Below, in pieces: positions 26,797-32,000 of a stretch of DNA of 32,000 bases (its first letter is position 1; each line of letters opens with the position of its first letter). The notes below the pieces were generated by a model. The model saw nothing but the letters and a program-made list of their open reading frames with translations. It did no database searches and was not told the DNA's origin. The position numbers and the translations under genes are program-made. The DNA lies in the NCBI GenBank assembly GCA_048938105.1, contig JBHLMN010000014.1, positions 111,839 through 143,838 of the forward strand, written 5' to 3'. Source of the DNA: Promethearchaeota archaeon. GTDB lineage: Archaea; Asgardarchaeota; Heimdallarchaeia; Hodarchaeales; Hodarchaeaceae.

Positions 26797-28179
26797 ATGT
26801 TAGAAATCATGGTATTCGGCGCTTCTGATTCTGTAGGAAAATCCTGTATTATGATTTCTGATCGTGATCGTCATGTCCTCTTAGATGCTGGCATCCAACT
26901 CCACCCTCGGAGGACTGGCTTACTTTCAACTCCACCTGAAGGTGTAGATGAATTTTGTGAGGAAATCTTATCTGTACTCCTTTCTCATGCACACATTGAT
27001 CATTCTGCTTATGTACCAGCTCTTTACCGGGCTGGGTATAAAGGTCAAGTACATATGACCTCACCTACAAAAGATATCGTTGACATACTCTGGAAAGATC
27101 ACCTAAAAATTGAGGGTCCACATCATTACGGTATTTCTCATATACGTTCAGCCCTCGCGAAAACTGAAACACATGAATATAATCGAAGATTTCGGATTGC
27201 ACCTGGAATTTCAGCTGAATTTCTTGATGCTAGCCACATTTTAGGAAGCGCAGCTATCCTGGTTGATTGGGAAGGAACACGAATATTATACACGGGGGAT
27301 TTCAATGACGCAAAAACTCCTTACCATGATCCAATTGTTTATCCTGATCCTGATGACACTATTGATGTATTGATAACTGAAACAACAAATGCAAATCGAA
27401 ACATTAGCAGTAGTAGGAAAATAGCTACATCAAATCTCACAAAATCGTTGTTAAAGTGTTATTCTCGCGGTGGAAAAGCAATTATTCCATCATTTGCATT
27501 AGGAAGAAGCCAAGAAATTCAAGCGTACTTAACTAGCGATTTTGATTCTTTTCTTTACAAATTCCCCCTTTATATTGATGGAATGATCTTGGATATGAAT
27601 TCAATTTATCAAAGATATCTGAATGAAAAGTGGGTTTCACCACGTATTCTCATCGAATTAAAAGAAAGAGGGTATAGAACTCCTTTTGAGCATGAGGGGC
27701 TTAGAACTGTTGATGAAGTTTCTTACACAGGAACGAGAGGAAAAAAACGCGAAAAATTGGCTTCTCAAGATAAGGCAAGTATCATTTTGACAACTTCTGG
27801 AATGCTTGAGGGAGGACCTGTTTATGATTATCTTCGTTTTGGAGGAAGTAATCCTCTTAATGGTCTGTATATCGTTGGATATCAGGTCAAAGGAACCCTT
27901 GGATCGGATATTATATCTGGTAAAAGAGATATATCATTAGATAATGGATTTGGAGAAGTTTTTGAAATACACTTAGAGTTAGAAGTCCAAAAATTCGAGT
28001 TTTCAGGCCATTCTTCATTAGAAGGTCTTGTCCAGATGGTTCGTTATAGTTCACCCTCATTAGTATATGCAATCCATGGAGAACCTGAAGCGCAGCATAA
28101 GTATTCACAAGCTCTCGAGACAGTTGGACACAGAGCCATAATATTATCAGAATATGAAGTTCTTCCTGATTATCCTTAA
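26797..28179 (+). CDS. metallo-beta-lactamase/beta-CASP ribonuclease without KH domains (aCPSF2 / RNase J-like)
   Basis: The HxHxDH motif is LLSHAHIDHSAY. DASHILGSA and YTGDF are present. The beta-CASP motifs are LITETTNA and a C-terminal GHSS...AIHGE. Confidence 0.8.
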   Translation: MLEIMVFGASDSVGKSCIMISDRDRHVLLDAGIQLHPRRTGLLSTPPEGVDEFCEEILSVLLSHAHIDHSAYVPALYRAGYKGQVHMTSPTKDIVDILWKDHLKIEGPHHYGISHIRSALAKTETHEYNRRFRIAPGISAEFLDASHILGSAAILVDWEGTRILYTGDFNDAKTPYHDPIVYPDPDDTIDVLITETTNANRNISSSRKIATSNLTKSLLKCYSRGGKAIIPSFALGRSQEIQAYLTSDFDSFLYKFPLYIDGMILDMNSIYQRYLNEKWVSPRILIELKERGYRTPFEHEGLRTVDEVSYTGTRGKKREKLASQDKASIILTTSGMLEGGPVYDYLRFGGSNPLNGLYIVGYQVKGTLGSDIISGKRDISLDNGFGEVFEIHLELEVQKFEFSGHSSLEGLVQMVRYSSPSLVYAIHGEPEAQHKYSQALETVGHRAIILSEYEVLPDYP

Positions 28180-28280
28180 AGATAAATTAGTGAATGAAGT
28201 AATTCTAAAACTCAAATAGTAATGTCTTTTATTAGATGGGAGAATATCTTTATTAGATTGCAGAAAAAGAGGAATTTATT

Positions 28281-28724
28281 GTGCAAATACAAACAGTGGT
28301 AATATATTCCCCTGTTTTTCGTCGAATAAAGCAAATTCTCAAAGAAAATCCTATAATTGAAAGTGTTGGTCTTTGTTTTGGAATCTACGAGGAAAGTAGA
28401 GGTGTAATTAGAAATTTTGTATCAATGATAAATTTAGATGATTCAGCCATAAGCTTTTCATTGGATTACGAAGTTTTGTATAAAGAGATACAAAATCATG
28501 AAGAAAAAGGAGAAGTATTTGTAGGTATATTTCATAGTCATCCTGAAGAAGCTAGCCTTTATCCCTCGCGAAAAGATCATCATTTTATGCGTTATTGGCC
28601 TTACCCATACTTGTGGTTAATTGGTAGTATTAGAAAAGATGAATACGATCCTAAGTTAGCCATTTTTTCGCTTTTAAACGAGACAATAATAGAAATTCCC
28701 TATTTGATAGTCAATATTACATAA
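28281..28724 (+). CDS. JAMM/MPN+ metalloprotease (Rpn11/JAB1-like, stand-alone)
   Basis: The JAMM motif is GIFHSHPEEASLYPSRKD (HxHx7Sx2D), with an upstream Glu (EES). The GTG start is preceded by AGAGGA. Confidence 0.8.
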   Translation: MQIQTVVIYSPVFRRIKQILKENPIIESVGLCFGIYEESRGVIRNFVSMINLDDSAISFSLDYEVLYKEIQNHEEKGEVFVGIFHSHPEEASLYPSRKDHHFMRYWPYPYLWLIGSIRKDEYDPKLAIFSLLNETIIEIPYLIVNIT

Positions 28725-28740
28725 GAGTTATTGTAGAGTT

Positions 28741-29772
28741 TTAAGAAAAAACACCAGGAATGGGGGTCTGACATTTATTACATTTTCCATCCGTAATATC
28801 ATGAATCGTTGTGTAGAATCCTGCTCGTTGAATTAAAAGATGATTACAATGATGACAATAAGTATCATTACCTTTACGACTCCTTACATTTCCTAAATAG
28901 ACGTAATTTAGACCAATATCCTTAGCAAGATGATATGCAGCTTCTAATGTTTCTATGGGTGTGAATGGTAAGTTACGAAGCTTATAGTCTGGATGGAATC
29001 GAGAAAAATGTAAAGGTATATTGGAACCTAGGTTGTTCAAAATCCATTCACACATTTCTCGGATCATATCCATAGAGTCATTTTTCGTTGGAATTACTAA
29101 ATTAGTAATCTCTAAATGAACCCCTAGTTTGTGAAATATTTCACAGGTTCTTAATACAGGTTTCCAAGAAGGTGAACTGCAAATTTCTTTATAAAAATCA
29201 GATGAAAATCCTTTCACATCAATATTTGCTGCATCGATTAATTTTCCCAGTTTTTCAGCTAATCTCTTCGTAATATAACCATTATCAACAACAACCATCT
29301 TTAAATTGTGTTTATGTGCAATTTCGGCAATATCTCGTACATATTCAAAAGCTATCATTGGTTCATTGTACGTTGAGGCAATTGACGGGACATTCTTCGC
29401 AAGAGCAGCTCGTACTAATTCTTCTGGCATCATTTTCCTTAGAGACGAAATATTTCGATTCATTGAAATTGAGTAATTCTGACAATGGAGACAACCCATA
29501 TTACAACCATGGGAGCCAATTGATAGGATACCTGTTCCTGGAAGAAAATGATAAAGTGGTTTCTTTTCAATAGGATCAATCGCAAGTGATGAAATTAAAC
29601 CATAAGTGCGGGGGATAATTTTTCCATCTTTATTGATCCGTGCCCCACACCATCCAATTTCATTATCTGAAAGTTGACAATGTCTGGGGCAAGCGAGACA
29701 TTGCATTTTTCCTGATTTCAGGATTCTGTGAAATATCCAATCGTTTTCCTGGGCTGATATTTCTTCTACCAA
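28741..29772 (-). CDS. amrS: AmmeMemoRadiSam-system radical SAM enzyme (PflA-like activase family)
   Basis: An N-terminal Cys cluster reads CLACPRHCQL...WCGAR. IDPIEKKPLYHFLPG is followed by the radical SAM motif GCNMGCLHCQN (CxxxCxxC). A C-terminal Cys cluster reads CHHCN...CNKC. The start is TTG. Confidence 0.85.
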   Translation of the reverse strand: MVEEISAQENDWIFHRILKSGKMQCLACPRHCQLSDNEIGWCGARINKDGKIIPRTYGLISSLAIDPIEKKPLYHFLPGTGILSIGSHGCNMGCLHCQNYSISMNRNISSLRKMMPEELVRAALAKNVPSIASTYNEPMIAFEYVRDIAEIAHKHNLKMVVVDNGYITKRLAEKLGKLIDAANIDVKGFSSDFYKEICSSPSWKPVLRTCEIFHKLGVHLEITNLVIPTKNDSMDMIREMCEWILNNLGSNIPLHFSRFHPDYKLRNLPFTPIETLEAAYHLAKDIGLNYVYLGNVRSRKGNDTYCHHCNHLLIQRAGFYTTIHDITDGKCNKCQTPIPGVFS

Positions 29773-29796
29773 ATGGAATACATCACCTTTGGCCTT

Positions 29797-30531
29797 TTAT
29801 CGGATGGAAATAACATCATTTGATTCATCATAGTTAAGTAAATTCTTCTCAGCCATACGACCAAGAGTACGAGTAATAATTACTGGAGAAATTTGGCCTT
29901 CAAGAGCTTTTTTCAATTGATTTTTCGATGTTCTGCCTAACTTCATCGTTGCTGCAAGTATGTCCACTTCAGGAATATCTTCTGCTGATTCCTCAAGAAG
30001 AAACGAGATGACTGCATTATCAGCTTTCAGAGTTTCGAGTTCATTCCTTAGTTTTACGTTTTCAGTCTCTTTTACCTCAATCTCTGTTTTTAACTTTAAT
30101 TCAAGGTCTTGATTTGTTTTAGTAAGTGTTGCGATTTTTTCTCTTTTTTGAGAGATTTCAGATTTTAAGTTGGTAATTTCATCATTAGTAGTTTGAAGAG
30201 TATCAATAATTTGATTTTTCTCTATTTGGATTTCCTCCAATCGATTTTTTTTCTCTTGTAATTCTCCTACGCTATCAGTTTGTTTCCTAACTAGTTTTTC
30301 CTTCAAATTTGCTTGGTTATTAATTTCATCTTGAAGAGAAGAAATTTTTGCTTCCTGTTCAGTAATTTGAGTATCTACTGCTTGTTTCTCTTTAATGAGT
30401 GTTTCAAGATACTCTCTTGATCCCCGAAGATCTTGAACTCTAGTAAAAACTAATTGTTTTGTTTCATCCCCCAATCTATTCAGAGATTCTTCACTCCTAA
30501 TGAATTTTTCTCTTAAAGTATCTGTATCCAT
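29797..30531 (-). CDS. coiled-coil protein with C-terminal winged-helix-like domain (paralog B)
   Basis: About 180 aa are heptad-rich, Glu/Lys/Gln-rich sequence. The C-terminus is IPEVDILAATMKLGRTSKNQLKKALEGQISPVIITRTLGRMAEKNLLNYDESNDVISI. A strong AAGGAGGTT site lies 7 nt upstream of the ATG, inside the end of the preceding gene. Confidence 0.6.
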   Translation of the reverse strand: MDTDTLREKFIRSEESLNRLGDETKQLVFTRVQDLRGSREYLETLIKEKQAVDTQITEQEAKISSLQDEINNQANLKEKLVRKQTDSVGELQEKKNRLEEIQIEKNQIIDTLQTTNDEITNLKSEISQKREKIATLTKTNQDLELKLKTEIEVKETENVKLRNELETLKADNAVISFLLEESAEDIPEVDILAATMKLGRTSKNQLKKALEGQISPVIITRTLGRMAEKNLLNYDESNDVISIR

Positions 30532-30533
30532 GA

Positions 30534-31328
30534 TTAAACCTCCTTGTCAAAGAGATCTATCTTTGTTAATAGCGTGATAGTTTCTGCAGATTCATTGAAA
30601 TCTAAAACCTTTCTAGCTTTTAGCAAATTCAATACAGATTTTAGTGTGTTGAAATCCATACCTAGTGCCGATCGAACCTCTGTCAGGGTTGAGTGTGGAC
30701 TTGGCTTTTTAGCTAAAAATTTAATCAATCCCACCTCAGGACTTTGGATATAATCTTTAGAACATAATATTCGAATTGCTTGAAATCTATTTGCAAGCAT
30801 ATCTTTTTCAGTTTTCAATCGATCATATTGTTTGTTAATAGTGTTCATGCGTACTTCAAATTTAGGTTTTAATTCATTATGCGTATTTTCTAATGAGGTA
30901 AGTTCGACATCCAACGAGCGAAGATTAGTTGTAAGATTCGTTTTTTCAGAGTCAAGGATTCCTAATTTATTTTTATTTGCTAACAAATCAGACTGAATTT
31001 GAGATGCTTGCGAATTTATTATATCAATATTACTCTGAATTGTGGATATCTCATTCTCGATTTGACCAATTTCGCTACGAAAGGTTTGAAGATCATTTGT
31101 AAGATCGGAAATCTCACGTGTGTAATCGTTTGAGATACGTCTTCTTTCATTTATATAATTTCTAAGGGACTCAATGTCATTTACAAGAGATTTTAGATCT
31201 TCTCGTATTAACTCAACCCGACTCTGAAATTTATTTACTAATTCACTTAAGCTGAGTTCTAATTTTCGAATTTCTTCAGCAGATTTGGGGGTACTCATAT
31301 GCTTATCTCCAAAGAGTTCATTAAACAT
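30534..31328 (-). CDS. coiled-coil protein with C-terminal winged-helix-like domain (paralog A)
   Basis: It has the same architecture as its neighbour. The C-terminus SPEVGLIKFLAKKPSPHSTLTEVRSALGMDFNTLKSVLNLLKARKVLDFNESAETITL aligns with the neighbour (PEV, L..AL, K.L...ES...I). Its stop is 2 nt from the next start. Confidence 0.6.
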   Translation of the reverse strand: MFNELFGDKHMSTPKSAEEIRKLELSLSELVNKFQSRVELIREDLKSLVNDIESLRNYINERRRISNDYTREISDLTNDLQTFRSEIGQIENEISTIQSNIDIINSQASQIQSDLLANKNKLGILDSEKTNLTTNLRSLDVELTSLENTHNELKPKFEVRMNTINKQYDRLKTEKDMLANRFQAIRILCSKDYIQSPEVGLIKFLAKKPSPHSTLTEVRSALGMDFNTLKSVLNLLKARKVLDFNESAETITLLTKIDLFDKEV

Positions 31329-31989
31329 CTAACTGATACCTTAAAATTCTTTTCTAAACTTTTTTGGTAGAATTGCTCTTTCAATAATAACTGAGAATTC
31401 GTATATAATAATAATATATATTCACTAAAAAAGTGTTATCAAGAAGGTTCAATGATATTCAAATGATTTTGTCAATTAGAACGAGGAGGAAGTAGGACTT
31501 TAAGATATCTTCTTAACCAGATAGAAGGCCTAAATAATGAAGGAATTTCCTTTATAAGCTAGAATTTTTCAATTGTAACAAATGGATTCACTATATTTCC
31601 CTCTACCACTTTCTTAAAAATTTAGAAAAGCTTCCAACTCAAACATCTCAATAAATCTTAAAACTCCTTGATAGTAGCTGAATAAATCTTTAAGATCCTA
31701 AACCTAAACACCTAATGGTAAAAGGGGAAAAATAATTGAAAAATTGGTCTCCCCAAAGAATGGACCAATCAACACAAGAAATCCTCCTCATATTATCTGA
31801 TAATTTTTAATTTCATGTGATGTGAATTTAATTTTTATTTTGGTTTTCTCCAATATTCAGCTAAATAACAAAGGTTCATTCCCCCCAAAAACTTCAAAAT
31901 GTTTTTATTCACACAAAGCGAAAGGTTTATGTGATTTTGTGTATAATGCTTTAATTGAAATATTCACTTAATTTATGGAGGTTAATTCA

Positions 31990-32000
31990 ATGTCAGATCC
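31990..32000 (+). CDS. possible start of a CDS cut off by the window end
   Basis: An ATG at 31990 is preceded by GGAGGT 7 nt upstream. Only 11 nt are visible, so neither the product nor whether this is a real gene can be judged. Confidence 0.2.

Noticed and set aside
28281-29772. JAMM protease plus AmmeMemoRadiSam radical SAM enzyme as a functional pair, or a link between JAMM and the NcsA-like gene via a SAMP/ubiquitin-like system
   Set aside because: The two genes are convergent, so they are not co-transcribed. No AMMECR1, Memo, ubiquitin-like or E1-like gene is in the window. The NcsA-like gene is 27 kb away. The association is not supported by what is visible.
1-32000. Search for CRISPR arrays, transposases, integrases, toxin-antitoxin pairs or known defence-system signatures
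   Set aside because: I saw no regularly spaced direct repeats and no recognisable transposase, integrase, Cas or restriction-enzyme motifs on either strand. The only mobile element I can support is the CDC48 intein.

Overview
This is an AT-rich archaeal chromosomal window. Archaeal hallmarks include an aEF-1beta plus Zn-ribbon gene pair, a pilin with a class III signal peptide, a PGF-CTERM surface protein, MptE, TATA-box promoters, oligo-T terminators and GGAGG-type ribosome-binding sites. Roadblock and longin-like domains and an SNM1/Artemis-type nuclease suggest an Asgard-like source, but that is inference only. I can support about 27 protein genes, one tRNA-Val(CAC) and one 5S rRNA locus. 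I saw no CRISPR array, transposase or integrase.

The main finding is that the 5S rRNA gene (22060-22179) appears circularly permuted. The 3' two-thirds of the molecule is encoded upstream of the 5' third. The natural ends (helix I) are fused by a 3-5 nt loop. The flanks fold into a long stem with a bulge-helix-bulge-like motif, and its predicted cleavage and ligation would rebuild the canonical ...GAACCCGGAA-GTTAAG... junction in a 120-nt product.

Other points of interest:
- A CDC48 gene is split by a 507-aa LAGLIDADG intein.
- A large polytopic membrane protein and a convergent NurA-less HerA-like ATPase share a longin/Roadblock-like domain.
- A surface-protein cluster contains a membrane-tethered double wHTH protein and two paralogous exported proteins, one with PGF-CTERM.
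- An SNM1-like nuclease and a MutS-like ATPase form a gene pair.
- A Glu-type PTPS sits next to MptE.
- Two tandem paralogs combine a coiled coil with a winged helix.

All functional calls rest on motifs recognised by eye. No database search was run.
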